NCBI GenBank assembly: GCA_951406725.2 | Contig: OX597819.1 | Coordinates: forward strand, 119,784,001-119,848,000 | Reading direction: 5' to 3' | Length of the DNA stretch: 64,000 bases | Origin: Octopus vulgaris | Taxonomy: Eukaryota | Shown here: piece after piece, positions 16,139-29,980 of the stretch | Layout: every line of letters begins with the position of its first letter | Position numbering within the stretch: position 1 is the first letter of the stretch | Program-made: the position numbers and the translations under genes | The notes under the pieces: model-generated | Told to the model about the DNA's origin: nothing | What the model saw: only the letters and a program-made list of their open reading frames with translations | Databases searched by the model: none

Positions 16139-16238
16139 GCATACATACATATGCATATATTTATATATACATATACACATATATATAAGCATATGTGTAC
16201 ATATATATAGCATGCGTACATATATCTACATCTATCCA

Positions 16239-16295
<57 letters not shown>

Positions 16296-16989
16296 AGATA
16301 TATGGATGAGTGGATGTATATGCACACATACACGCGTTTTCATCTAGTATCTAAAAAGGAAAAGTTCTTTGATTAAAATATTGATCTTTTTTCTTTTATT
16401 TATTTCCTTGTGTTTTTTTCTTCCTGTTTCTCTTCAGTTTTCTTTCATTTTATTTTGTTATTTCGTTCTGCTCTGTGGTAAAGTTAACTTACTTCGATTA
16501 ATCTATTCCCATGATTACGTATCAAAGGCAATCACAAATTAAGGGCATGTGATGTGTGTCAGTATAAAGCCAAAATGAAAAGCTTTGTAATAACGAATAG
16601 ACATTATTTTAATATGTTTAGTCGCCATGGATACCATGCATACTTAGAGATTCAATGGCGTAAATTGTAGCGCTATCGGTACTTTGACTCATACATAATT
16701 TCTCATGCTTTACATCGAAGCAACTGCCTGTCACATGTTTTTCAATTTTGCTTGTCAACAAGGAATGGATGGTAATAAATCAGTAGGTTAATTCTATTCT
16801 ACCCACTTCAAGACTTTATTTTCGCAATTCTTCCAACTAGATTTTTCTTTTCTTTTCCTTTTAGTGGTGGATATTCAATTGAAAAAAATAATAGGCTTTC
16901 CCATAAGCAAGATGTCGCTTTAAGATTGTTACCTTCTTTCGCTTTATTTTAAATGTCTTCATTTCTAACTTCTTAACGTTCTATCTTCG

Positions 16990-17510
16990 TTACGTCTGCC
17001 TCTTGTCTTGCGTTTCTTTCTCGTATCTTCCTTCTTTCGCTTCTCTTTCGTTATCTTCCTCTTGTTCCTCCTTGTTTTAATTGTTCCCCTTCTTTCCTGC
17101 AATCTTTTTCCTTCCTCTTTCTTCATCCTATTCCTCTTCTCCATTTTTCTCTCATCTTTCTTTTATTTATTCCCTTCTCCTTCTTCCTCCTCATACTCTT
17201 CTTGTCTCCTGCCTCTCCTCCTCCTCCTCCTCCTCCTCCTCCACCTCTTCATTTATTTCTACTTCTTCATTTCTGCTTCTTCTCTTTCTCTGCTTCTTTT
17301 TCCACCACTGCTTCTTCCTCTCTGCATTTTTTCCTCCACCTTTCTCTTCGTCATCCTTTCAGCTACTTCTCCCCCTCTTCTAATTCTTTTTCTCCCCCTC
17401 TTCTCATACTTATCCTTCCTTCCCCCCCTCTTCTTATTCTTTCTCTTCTTTTTTCTCCTTGTTTTTGGTTTCATCTTTGCTTTACTTCTCTTCTTCCAGT
17501 TTCTACTTTC
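16990..17510. repeat. polypyrimidine (CTT/CCT) low-complexity tract
   Basis: Seen directly. Confidence 0.9.
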
Positions 17511-18027
17511 TCCAAAATATACAGTTTTTACTCTTGACTTACCATACTGATAATTCTATTCAGGAAGATAAATTGATTCACGAAGAATGAGAAATTTATC
17601 GAATATGAAAACCCAGTCTTCGGTGACTTAACACAGCTAACAATAATGGTTTCAAATTTTGGCACACTGTTTATGATAATAACAAACACATTAATGTGAA
17701 GCGTTATCTTTTAGTATTAAAAAGACACGAAACTTTCTGACGTTATTTCAGTTCTTCAATGCGTATGCTCATTCATCAGAGAGTTAATGCTCTGGCCGTT
17801 TCCAAAGTGTAAGCTATAGCATAAGAGTCGAGTATCGTAGATAAAATAATGCAAACAAATGATAGTTTTATCTTAGTTAAGGCGTGTGCAAGTTCAAAAT
17901 ACTTAGGTTTTAGTTACACCCATTCTGCATAGATAGCCATTTTGTGTTTAAAAAATGGAATATGCTGTGCGGTGTCATTCGAAAGAATTGGTTGCTATTT
18001 GTTGTTGATTAGGTGAATGCATAGACG

Positions 18028-18181
18028 CTTGCTTACCAACCACATGGTTCTGGGTTCAATCCCACTGCGTGGCACCTTGGGCAAGTGTTTTCTACTATAG
18101 CCTCGGGCCGACCAAAGCCCTGTGAGTGGATTTGGTAGGCGGAAACTCAAAAGAAGCCCGTCGTATATATGTATATATATA

Positions 18182-18234
<53 letters not shown>

Positions 18235-18238
18235 GTGT

Positions 18239-18277
<39 letters not shown>

Positions 18278-18473
18278 TGTGTTTGTGTTTGTCCGCCAAC
18301 ATCGCGTGACAAGCGATGCTGGTGTGTTTACGTCCCTGTAACTTTTGCGGTTCGGCAAAAGACACCGATAGAATAAGTACTAGGCTTACAAAGAATAAGT
18401 CCTGCGCTCGATTTGCTCGAAAAAAGGCGGTGCTCCAGCATGGCCTCAGTCACATGACTGAAAAAGTAAAAGA
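18028..18473 (+). mobile_element. SINE family A, 5' end clipped
   Basis: GCTTGCTTACCAACCACATGGTTCTGGGTTCAATCCCACTGCG...GGTGCTCCAGCATGGCC. Confidence 0.9.
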
Positions 18474-19948
18474 ATAATTCAATACAATTTTCTAGTGTAT
18501 TACAGAAAGTTTGTACCAGTAATTAAACACTTGAAATGGAATAAGTTTCTGGTTTATTAATGTTTTACTAGAGAGCAAATCGAATTGAACAACAATGACA
18601 TTTAGTGCCATGCCGATCCATTTTATCAAAGAAATTCTTGTCTTCTTGAGTACAAGCACTGAAAATTTACAGGCATTCATCAGTGTCGAGATAAGGAATA
18701 TATTGAAGAACTACAATGGATCTCCTCACAGCGCGTGGCGCTTTCTCCTGCATGACATGAACACTAACATAAATCCTGTCAGCAACAAATGGAACGGTTA
18801 TTGACAGAATGAATTTGATTATTGGCTTGTTGGTCCAAAATTAACAAAAATAGCAACCTCAGCGCGTATGACATACGCGATATGCAAAAGGACTTGTTTC
18901 TCTAACCTTTTGAATGAGATGGTGTGATATTCACACCGTTTTTACCACCATCATGTAAATTTAATATTTCGAGTCTATGCCAAATTTTCACATTTTTAAG
19001 GCATTTAATTTTTTTAGAGTACCCATGGAACAAATGGAAACATATGTGTCGAGATTGCATCGAGTAGAACCTTTCCAGAAGAATTTAAGTGAAATGGGGT
19101 TATAATATGGTATCCTATGTTCGTGACTCAGAACGAGTTTAAATTATAAACCATCATTTCATTGATCCATAAATGGCTTTTCACTTCCATTTGAATATTT
19201 TGAATAATGTTGCAAAGGGGCAAATAAAATTACTTGACTTTAATTGAGGATATCGAAAGTGGATTGTACATTTGTCTTATTGCTAAGATATATTAACCCT
19301 CCTCGCGTCTCTCACTCACAAACAATACGGGTTTGTTTCACTATCTCTTAATTTAAAGGCTCTATAATTTAGCATCAACGTAAAGTTATTGATCCATACG
19401 TATAATAGGTTTAAGGGAAGTGGAAGAGATTCAATTAAGGATTCAATTAAGCTGTGCCCTAAAGTTAACACGCTGGCGACTGACCACGACAAGATTTATT
19501 TGCATAACTCAGCAATAATCGCTTCCTACATTGGCTCTATATCAGACCTGTCTAGTATGACTACGTTGCAACATATTAATTCGACATCTATGATTCATAG
19601 CATCCATTGCTAACCAATAGGGGAATTTAACTCAGTACTGCACACCAATTATATTAACTCGATTGTAATTACTATGGTTTCCGATTGAAATAATGCAATC
19701 ATTAGATAAATTGACGTCACATCCCAGATTAACAAACATGCAGACGTATGCATGTGTGTGTATGTGCATACGTATGAAGATATGTATGCACTATACTTCC
19801 GACACATACAGAAATACGCACTTTTTATACTGAAAAAAATCTATGCTCGTTGCAAAAACTTGCTTGAAAGAATGTGTAAATTATAAACTTGGAGAGAACA
19901 TCGTAGCAAGAGGATTTTCAAACTTTAAGTAGCCGTTGTCATATACAT

Positions 19949-21253
19949 GTTAGCCAAAATTTCTGTTCGGTTTTTAAGTGAAAATAAAGCACATGTTTTA
20001 AGCACACAAAAAATCTATTCGGTTGATGATAGAATTACCGTTTTGTTCCAACATCTTCTGCCATCTTGTGGACAAATCCATTATACCTTGACCGAGGAAT
20101 TTCCTGTTTTTACTGGTGAAGTCTTCTTTACTGCCAAAAAACTCATCCAGGTGTATTTTTACATCTATATCAGAGTTGAATTTTGAAGAGAACGAAGCAG
20201 GGGGAAATCTTAAGGCGCAAGGTTAAGTGAAAATCGATGGAAGAGCGAAAATTCCCTGTCAAGGCAGTAGCTTCTTCCGCATCTGCAAAGAAGTGTGTAG
20301 TTTGGCAATGTCATGAAGGAAAGCAATGGTCTTACGATTAGCAAGTGCTGGACGCTTCAGGTGGATCGTTGCATTTAATTTGTCCATTTGGTCACAGTAC
20401 ACATTCTAACTGATCGTCATGTCAATGAGAAAGGACTCATAAAACACATTCTTCTAGATTCATCAAATTAAAAGTATAAGCCACTACGGCTAAGGCCTTG
20501 CTTCGGAAATCGCTTGTGTGATTCACTCTCTTTCCCCTCTGATCCTTTGCGCTTCACCTTGTTATTCACGATCCATCTCTTTCTCCTGTCGCCACTCTCT
20601 TCAAAAAAGGATCGTTTCTTCACATACAACAAACCGTAGATGGAAATCAGTTGGGCGTATTTAGCCTTATTCAAATGAGTCAAACAACGAGCCTGCTGAC
20701 CTAACTACGTTGTGGCAGATGGATTTCAAAACTCCATTTGAATATTTGGGAGATATCTACGATCATGCTGATCTTATAACGGGGTTAGTATCGCTGTTAA
20801 TTTCAGTTGCGTGACCAGAGAGAAATGCACCTTCAACCAAAGAAACTTCCTGACCGAATTCTTGGAAACCACAGCTGGCACAAACGTTCCGTAGCAACAT
20901 TATTTGTTCTGTAGCATGATTTTTAACAAGATCATTTCCATACGCAAAGCATATTTTCCTTAAGGTTTCCATCGCTTTCTTTCCTGTTTTAAAGTACAAA
21001 ATACTTTTTGAATACCATTAACACAAACACACACATAGATGTCCATGATATTCGTTTTGGCTCTCCATTTCCAGGAGGACCCCAAGCATACAAAATACAA
21101 CCTGTATCATCAAAATTTCGCGTCGCACTATTTTAAAGTACAAAGTACCTACAAATTATGCAGGCGTAATGGACAGGCTGAAATTATGTATTTATAACAG
21201 TGCTTTAATTTTAATGTCGACACAAGCCGAACGGACGTTTTGGCCAACCCAAT
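19949..21253 (-). mobile_element. decayed mariner transposon
   Basis: Terminal IRs GTTAGCCAAAATTTCTGTTCGG and CCGAACGGACGTTTTGGCCAAC; fragments YFKTGKKAMETLRKICFAYG and RWIVNNKVKRK. Confidence 0.75.
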
Positions 21254-21456
21254 ACTTGGGTTTCATTTATGAAATGTATATGTAAGGTTATCTTTATTTC
21301 AAATCAGCCACACGAAACGATAGGAAATATAATTCTTCAGATACTGAAACTTTATGTTAGTCTCACTGATGCACTGGCGAACGTCTCCCTTGCCTGGCTA
21401 ATTTTACCCACGATAACATAAACTGATGTAGTGTAAATACAAGCTCCATACCGTAT

Positions 21457-21656
21457 CTTCATTGCCCACAGGGAGGATAAACATAGAGGGGACAAACAAG
21501 GATAGACAAAGGGATTAAGTCGATTACATCGACTCCAGTGCGTAACTGGTACTTATTTAATCGACGCCGAAAGGATGAAAGGCACAGTCGACCTCGGTGG
21601 AATTTGAACTCAGAACGCTAAGTATTTCGCCCGGCGTGCTGCCAGCTCGTTGCCCT
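21457..21656 (-). mobile_element. SINE family B (Meta/MESC-like core)
   Basis: Reverse complement has GAGTTCAAATTCC...GAGGTCGACTGTGCCTTTCATCCTTTCGGCGTCGATTAAATAAGTACCAG; matches the copy at 39584. Confidence 0.85.
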
Positions 21657-22069
21657 ACGCATGGTTATATTAGACGTACTCAAATTTTAGGAAATATTTT
21701 TAGTGCTTTAGAGCATGAAATATTTAAAGCAATCTTGCAGTACGTTAAAGAATTATCACAAAAGTACCTCATATTTAATAGAAACGTCACTGTATATAAA
21801 AAGTAAGTTACTATTAATGACTACGCAGAATAGAAAATTTGGATAAAAACAAAAGCAGCGTATAATAGTGAGCATAAGGGTCACATTAGCTTGTAGGAGG
21901 CTGGATTTAACACATAGGACAGGTGAGGGTTATTTTTGAAACTTTCGTTTTTGAAATAAAGGCGTCTTATATGCCCTCAATTACGGTACTTCGGATTCTG
22001 TCGATGTATTTAAAATTAAAAGAATACAAATATGTTTAATAACTTAACAGAAAAAGAAAACACTATATC

Positions 22070-23155
22070 AAATTCTAAATAAAAGTTGTTAGCCTTTTTT
22101 AAATTAAAAATACCCACTGCATGATGGATGAACGATAACAGTTTAATAAAAGTGGCTGCCTACTGCTACCACCACAGCCTTCAGAGTGCTCTGGAACCTG
22201 GCGGATACATTCATCAACACGTGCTTGGGAAAATCTTTGAACACCTTGATCTTCGCCAAAAGTTCGGCCTTGGTGTTGCAGGCAGCAGGTTTGGTCTCTT
22301 GTTCAACTAGTATTTGGTGAGATCCCACTCGCGTAGATTTATGAGACATAAATTAGGGCCAGTGAAGTCGCAAATATACTCCGATAGCTACTTCTAACTC
22401 TTTCTGAAAGTATGGCAAGACGCCGAATCCAGTTGTCACACATATGGCCTTCCAGTAGCAACCTTCCCCAGCCATGGATCGATCCAGCTTCCAGCGGCTT
22501 TATACAAATATCTGAATTAAGCCTAAGACCGTGTCCAAAGATTTCGGGTGGCTCAACGTCACCCTAAGTGAAAAAACGCTTAACGTCCATCACAGTTTGA
22601 GGTAATTTGGTTTCCATGATAAGTGAGGCATCACATGGATTGTAAGTCTGAGTGTCGTGAGACTTGTTCTGGCAGAAGTTTGTTTCCGTCTGAGAAGAAC
22701 CACCCATCCCCGGCTCTGGTTGTTCGGAAACATTTACGCCTTCACCAAGCTCCTCTTGGCCTTGGCTGTCAGAATCCTTGCTACTCTTGTACGAGTGGTA
22801 GCGAAGGTCCTCATTTAGAATTGGTGAGTCCAACACCTATCTCTTTCACCAAACCGGATTCCATGGTTGTTAGTTGTTAGATGAATCTCTGTGTACACAC
22901 ACACACTCAGAATACCTTTTGTGTCACTTCCTGCTGGCCACTGCTTCGTAATCTCCATTGCAACTCTCCATGTCTCGTCTTACAGCCTTTACAGTGTTCC
23001 CAGGGCATTGAGCAGTAGTAATAATGTCGGCATTTTGATGCCTGGAACAAACCATGATGACATAGGTATTTCTTTTCCATTACTGACATTACTTTTCCAT
23101 TACTAACTAATTTCCCTCAAATACATCTTAAATCTCTATGCTGTGCAACACCGGA
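22070..23155 (-). mobile_element. decayed Tc1/mariner-superfamily transposon, maT-like
   Basis: N-terminus (YEAVASRK*HKR..) and C-terminus (NTKAELLAKI...ARFQSTLKAVVVAVGSHF) parallel the maT copies at 28.4 and 36.8 kb; boundaries approximate. Confidence 0.6.
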
Positions 23156-25557
23156 TAAAAGGAGACGTAGAACGAAAACATAAAACTCGCCCTTTTTAGC
23201 CAGATCAAACTGTATAAATTGATAACGATTATATAATTCTTTCTAATTTTGACACAAGGCCAGAAAATATTTTTAAGTCCATTACAACAATCGTAGTGCT
23301 GAACTAGCACTTAATTTATCGGTCACGAATTGCTGAAAGTGAAGTCCAAATTTGACGACAAACGAAATTAAAACATAAGTGCCTAAAGGAACGTCACTTA
23401 GCATTTTCTCCGGTATAGTAAAGATTCTGGCAGTTTCTCGCTTTTTATATAACAATTACGTAAAAGAACTACAGATGTGTGTCTCATAGACTAGAATTTA
23501 GTGGCCTTGAGCCAATCAAAAAGGAAAAAAAAATCTACGTTACTTCTTAATACTTTTTGAATACCATTAACACAAACACACACATAGAAAAATATAAAAG
23601 AAATTTTGGAGTTAAATGTTTTAGTTATGGTCTAATCGTTATGACCAGAAGTGAGTGTGTATACATCGATCCGCAGTATTGATCTGTGTCATTGTCGTTC
23701 GCTCAGTGATCAGCATAGTTGACTACAAATGTCTTTAATTTACATAGAATGTTAACGCCTCATTTAACGTAATTTCTTCCTTAATTGAAATATTTCATTA
23801 TATGCTTTACCTGAGTGAATGAGAATAATAGCTTTGCCGATCGGAGAAGAGATTTTCAATGACAGCAACAATTACGGGCCGTATCACGTAACACACAAAA
23901 GTTCTTCTCAATCCGTTTATCGGCAGACGGCAAATTCATTATGCAAATATAAATGTAGATGCTAGCCAGATTCAACTATAGCTGTCTTGATTGTTCCCTT
24001 TGTCAAATATAACTCGTATTTAGTAATATTGAAAATCAGTTTCGCCAATTAAACCTGGTAATTAGTAGCTTTATCAGAGTACAACAGTGGGAGCCGTCCA
24101 CTGACTGAGATCGATTGTTCTATTTTAATTGTTCGGCGTAATGTTATGTATATTGTTGCAGCAAGCGTCATTTTGTGTCATTATTCGCCTCATTTCCTGC
24201 GACAAATCTCATCCAGGATTCAGTTTGAACTCTTTATGTAACTAGATCTCTTCATTTGTCAAATTGTTCGGGTTTCATGTCGTTTGCTTAGCTAGCTTCG
24301 TCGTCGAAGTTCACCACGGTTGATTGATTTTGTTACAATTCCAATCACTGAAAGACATTACGGCGATTTGCATTTATATCACATTTGCGTTTCTCGTATA
24401 AGATTGCATGAATATCTGCGTGTACTCACACACACAGACAGACACACACACACACACACACATACACATGTATATATACAGATACATGAACACGCATGTC
24501 CATGTACACACATACATTCACAAACACACTCGCACAAATATTTATAATTAGTATACATGAACTTCGATATCGCTCTCTAATATGCCAGTCATTTAATATA
24601 ATTGTTTTTGTCACTAAGTTATTGGCTTATAGTGTATAAGCTGTTCAATAAATTATGCTCAATAGATTGTATCCGATATAGATTACTTGATACAATTAGT
24701 TTTACAATGTTAGTTCCACACGACTGAATTATTTACTTGTTTTTGTCAGGAGGATGTAGATTGAATCAGATCGAATCAGATGTTTATCAGACAACCAATT
24801 GCTGTTGGGGTAAACATTCCACAATTTCTTAGAATCCCGTATTTTATTATACCGACAGGGAGGTTGATTTTTCTAGTCCTGCCAACAAGTGTTTCCTATA
24901 GTTAAAACCCCCTTCAATATGCACTTATGACAAAAATATTTAATACAGAAAGTAACTAAATATCGTTTTTAAATACGCTCTTATTATTTAACTCCTGATA
25001 GGCCAAAGTCTTAGAGTAAAATAGTTCTAGCAGTGAATATCATGTGTTTGTTTTTAGGTGAATATTTTCTTTACATCTTTCTTTCCTGAACACATTTGGA
25101 TTTCATTTAAGAAAGATTTGACTTCTAATTTTAACAGGTTAAGCATTGACTTAGAAGCTCTGTCGCTAATTCGTAGTTTTCTTCAGACAAACATTTAGAA
25201 GAGTCAAATCTATAATCTTATATCATGTTGCGCTCTACATTTAGACGGTACTGTTCAATAGAGTATATGACTGAATCAGTTAAATAAATTTTATACTTCA
25301 AATTCCAACAAGATCAGTTTTAATGAACTGTCAGCATATTCTGTTAAGTGGATTCTACAACTACATTCTAATAAACTATAGTTTTCTCTGATTATTGTTC
25401 GTTTGGTAACTTTATAAATCATAAAACTCTGTACAATACATTGCTTTTGCATAACCACGCATTAACTCTTGACTAAATGTGTATCTAAATTTACCCGGTT
25501 TGTCTATGGAGGTTTAAAATCCAGAACATCGATATTGAGCACATTATTTATATTATT

Positions 25558-25709
25558 GACATTATTTACAGTTGACAGATATTTGTCCTCATCTTGTTTG
25601 TTGTTAACACAACGTTTCGGCTGATATACTCTTCAGCCTTCATCAGGTGTCTTGCGGAAATTTCGAACCTGGGTTCTCATTCCTAATATAATTTTCGATG
25701 TTGTTGTTG

Positions 25710-25805
<96 letters not shown>

Positions 25806-25884
25806 TTCATGTCACTGCTTGGAATCGAACTCGGAATCTTGGGGTTAGTAGCCCGCGCTTTTAACCACTACATCATATGCCCGT
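25558..25884 (-). mobile_element. tRNA-headed short element carrying a hammerhead ribozyme
   Basis: Minus strand order: tRNA-like head (TGATGTAGTGG, GAGTTCGATTCC), (AAT)n, linker, HHR, 3' tail. Second, rearranged copy at 49425. Confidence 0.8.
25606..25651 (-). ncRNA. minimal type I hammerhead ribozyme motif
   Basis: GACAC-CTGATGA-A-GGCTG-(10 nt)-CAGCC-GAAA-CG-TT-GTGTT; stem III is only the palindrome ACGT (dimer type). Confidence 0.82.
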
Positions 25885-27200
25885 ATATAACTATATCGAT
25901 ATTGGAGTTTAAAATTCCGCACATTCTCAGATTAATAACCTAAAAAAGCGTCATGTTATTTCTTTGATACCAAAACGTTTAATATTTATTAGGATTCATC
26001 AGTAATTGCATTAAGCTAAGCTGGCAGAATCATTAACTCGCCGCACAAACTGCTTCAGTGACATCTCTCGGCTCTCTGCGTTTTGACGTCATATCCGTCT
26101 TTCAACTTTTTTTTTGTCGATAAAATAAAGTACCGGTATAGTAGATAGATTCATAAATTTCATAATTAATACCTATTGATGAATTATTCATGCAACACGT
26201 TGAAAAACTCCTCAATGCGTAGATTATTTTGCAGTATTTGTTTCAGAGTCTTACGGTCTGCTTGAAAATCTCACCGAGGGGAACTATTTTTATCATTTTC
26301 AGACCGGTAAAATAATATACCAGTCATATATTAAGAGTCCATAATTTCGACTAACGTCCTGCTGTCAAACTTACTGTCCGTGTGGCTAAGTTTGAAACAA
26401 TTACCAGTGACTACTTTAATTGGTTTACGACCACTCACAAAATAATTATTCATAATTATTTCTAGTATAAAGCCGAAGATCTCTTGTTTTCCTTTAGTCT
26501 ACAGTAATGTTTGTCTTCATTCATTCTTTTCTACAGTCTCTAAAGAGAACCCCCAAAGAATTGTTTGAATGCCTAGCTGTCATCCTATTGTTTGCAAGTT
26601 TGTTGTTTTAATGAGATAGTAGTTATCAAACTAAGCGTTGAATAAACATTTATATTACCGGCCTGGTAAATATTATAATTGTTCTTTTCAACTGTGTTAT
26701 TACGAAGAAGATTATTAAAAACAAAGGAATTTTACTAAATATTAGCTTAGATGTATTCATTATTCCCATTTAAGTTTAAGTCTTTTCGGCACATTATGTA
26801 TGAAAATAGACGCAGTATTATGGGATTAGTAATTTAATCTAAAATATAATTAGCCTAATATACAGACAATATAATCTCTGATGCATCAAATATAGCCAAG
26901 CAGATGTACTGGAGAGAGAGCATCATATAGTTAAATACAGAGAGGAAGAATCGAATTCTTTCAGTCCACATTTGCCGTACGAGAGAGAGAGGCATCCTCT
27001 CAAAGTTGTCACACATATACACAATAGATTGCATTCTGAGCAGCCTCTTAACTTTTGTTGTCATATATACATCTATCCACTCTACACAGTGCATAGAGTT
27101 TTTTTTAAATCAGATAATGTTTGCGCTGTTTATAACACACTTTATTTCTTCTTACAAAATCTTACACTACAAAACACACACACGCACAACACAAGGCAGT

Positions 27201-27386
27201 CGCCATGATAGATCGGTAGCCACTACACATATTTTTTTCTCTCCTTGTTTTTTCTGTGTCCCTTTCTGTAGAAGAGCGTAGCCTCGAAACGTAAAATACT
27301 TTTTCAATTCCTGAGCGTTATACTAATACATCTGTTTGTTTTGTACACCACCTGTCTTTCGTCTTTTGATTTTTTTCGTGAACTCT
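27201..27386 (+). mobile_element. short PLE-like 3'-end repeat family C with HHR-like motif (27263..27296)
   Basis: Matches 30411 and 42538; TTT-CTGTAGA-A-GAGC-GTAG-CCTC-GAAACGTA-AAA. Confidence 0.7.
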
Positions 27387-27394
27387 AAACCTCA

Positions 27395-28312
27395 TTCAAA
27401 AATGAGGGTGAAAAATTAGATATTAATTTAATAATACCATTGGTTTAACACCAAGCGACCTAGCACATAACAAACCAGGGAGACGATACATATTTATCCG
27501 TAAATATAAGAGAGTTAACGTTAAATAGGTCAACTCTAGTGTTTGAAATAGCTCCGTATTCTGGTATAGCCGCCGACGATACCTCCACATAGAAATAGCA
27601 CTACCCTCAACGTAAGGAAAGTGAAATACAACTAAAAAATAGATTAATGTTGTGCAATTGTTTCTTTATCAATATAATAGGCAAATTATACTCACATATA
27701 TATCTATAAATCATCAGCAACATTTGTCATTGATACAATTTATCAGACCTACACGGGCGACGATTACCCATGCGGTCTAATCGATTGCATTCAGGGTTGT
27801 AGTTACAAGTTCCCCGCCAAAAGCATATGCTAAGACTTAGTGGAAGCGGATACCGCATGTAATATTTACTGCAGCGTATCAATTTCAGAATACGGAGCTA
27901 TTTCTAGCACTAGAGTTGACCTATTTAACGTTAACTCTCTTATATTTACGGATAAATATGTATCATCTCCCTGGTTTGTTATGTGCTAGGTCGCCTGGTG
28001 TTAAACCAATGGTATTATTAAATGAATATCTAATTTTTCACCCTCATTTTTGAATTTATGAAATTGATACGCTGCAGTAAATACTACATGCGGTATCCGC
28101 TTCCACTAAGTCTTAGCATATGCTTTTGGCGGGGAACTTGTAACTACAACCCTGAATGCAATCGATAAGACCGCATGTGTAATCGTCGCCCGTGAAGGTT
28201 GATAAATTGTATCAATGACAAATGTTGCTGATGATTTATAGATGTATATGAGTATAATTTGCCTATTATATTGATAAAGAAACAATTGTACAACATTAAT
28301 CTATTTTTTAGT
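27395..28312. repeat. interleaved inverted repeats A-spacer-B-A'-B' (PLE pLTR-like)
   Basis: A 27395..27563 is the reverse complement of 27885..28055; B 27631..27885 is the reverse complement of 28060..28312; ends at (TA)n. Confidence 0.9.
28221..28297 (+). ncRNA. minimal type I hammerhead ribozyme motif (canonical core)
   Basis: AATGTTG-CTGATGA-TTTAT...ATAAA-GAAA-CAATTG-TA-CAACATT; 7-bp stem I. The mirror copy at 27646..27724 (-) has U16.1 changed to C. Confidence 0.88.
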
Positions 28313-28316
28313 ATTT

Positions 28317-28361
<45 letters not shown>

Positions 28362-29945
28362 CAGAGTGCGTAAGGTATTTGAGGACATACATTTTTGGGG
28401 TCATTGCTGCAATTCTTGCTAATTCTGTATAATCTTTTTTTTCGGAAAATAATAATGTGAGACCCTCAGCTTACTCCTGAAATGATGAGGCATACTGTTA
28501 TTGTGGTTATAAAGGCTGGGTATAGAAATTTAGAAATATCTCGAGTTTTAAAAGTTACCAGATCTTTCTTCTACAAAGTTTGTAAGGAGCTAGAGGCTGA
28601 AGATGGAAACGTATCACCAGTATCAAAGCAGAAAAGACATTCTAAACGCTCTGAAATCATCAGAACACCTGAACTTATCCAGCATGTTCAACAGACCATT
28701 GATTACAATCCCAGAATATCCATGAGACCAATGGTAAAAGATCTCCATGTATTAGAACGAACAGTCAGAAATGTTCAAAAGACATCAGATATAAGTCTTA
28801 TAGGATGAAAACAAAACAGAACAAAAGAAAATCACTACATCACATCTAAAAGGCTCTAAAATAAACTGGAAAATCCAGCAGAAGATTTTATTTGTTTTTT
28901 TTTTTTAGAACGAGAAAAACTGACCAAGATCAAACGGCAAAAGGCTAACAGAAGAAGTGATAGATGGTTATGTGCAGACCCTTCTGAAGTTCCAAGTGTT
29001 ATACATACAAAATTTTCTGCAACTATCATGGTTTTAGAGGTTGTCAGCAATGAAGGAAATATGATGCCTTCTTACTTCTTTCCACTAAGCCTTAGAGTTA
29101 ACTCTGCCCCTACATTGAGGTCCTGGAAATAATTGTTAAACCCTGGATAGACAGTGTATGCAATGGAAGGCCATATGTGTTTCAGTAAGATTCTGAACTA
29201 TCACATATTTATTCTAGTAACACAGGGACGGATGGCTGAAAATTTTCATGATCACACAACCCCTAACATTTGGCCTCCTAATTCCCCAGATTTCAATCCA
29301 TTGGACTATTACATGTAGAGCATTGTTGAAAGAGGGGTCAATGAATACGCCCATAACACCAAAGATTCTATGAAAGCTGCCTTAGTCAGAGTAATGTGCA
29401 AAATGAACCAGGACCATTTGATTCGAGCATGCAGAAGATATAGATCTCATATAGAAGCAGTTGTTGAAGCTGAAGATGGCTTTATTGAATAACATTATAG
29501 AAAAGAAGGTTTCTTTTTATACGCGTAGCATTTTTTGATAAACAAAGCCATTACCTCCGCCTTAGCGAAGGCGGAGATATTGTTTTCAGTCGTGTTTACT
29601 TGTTTGTCCGTGGACAAGATATCTCAAGAATCGCTGGATGGATTCGGATGGAATTTTCAGAGATGCTTGCATTTGTGATTGGCACGAACTGATTAGATTT
29701 TAGGTTCGATCCGGTACCGGTACCGGACACACATACTCACACATTTTCAGCGTTGAACATTACCATCCCATTTCCATTATACACCCCCACACCACACACA
29801 TACGCACACACACACCTATGCACACAAACATACCTCTCTTTTACACACATATACTCACACTTCAAACACCGTTTCTTGGCTTTTTCACTCCTTCCTTCAT
29901 TATTCATTTATCACGACGCTCTCTTGGCCATGTATCTCCCCCACT

Positions 29946-29980
<35 letters not shown>

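Noticed and set aside
17008-17550. 180-aa hydrophobic ORF resembling a membrane protein
   Set aside because: It comes from a polypyrimidine low-complexity tract.
17731-17785. Minus-strand CTGATGA...GAAATAACGTC hammerhead-like string
   Set aside because: Stem II does not close next to GAAA and stem III is not palindromic; at best a heavily decayed relic.
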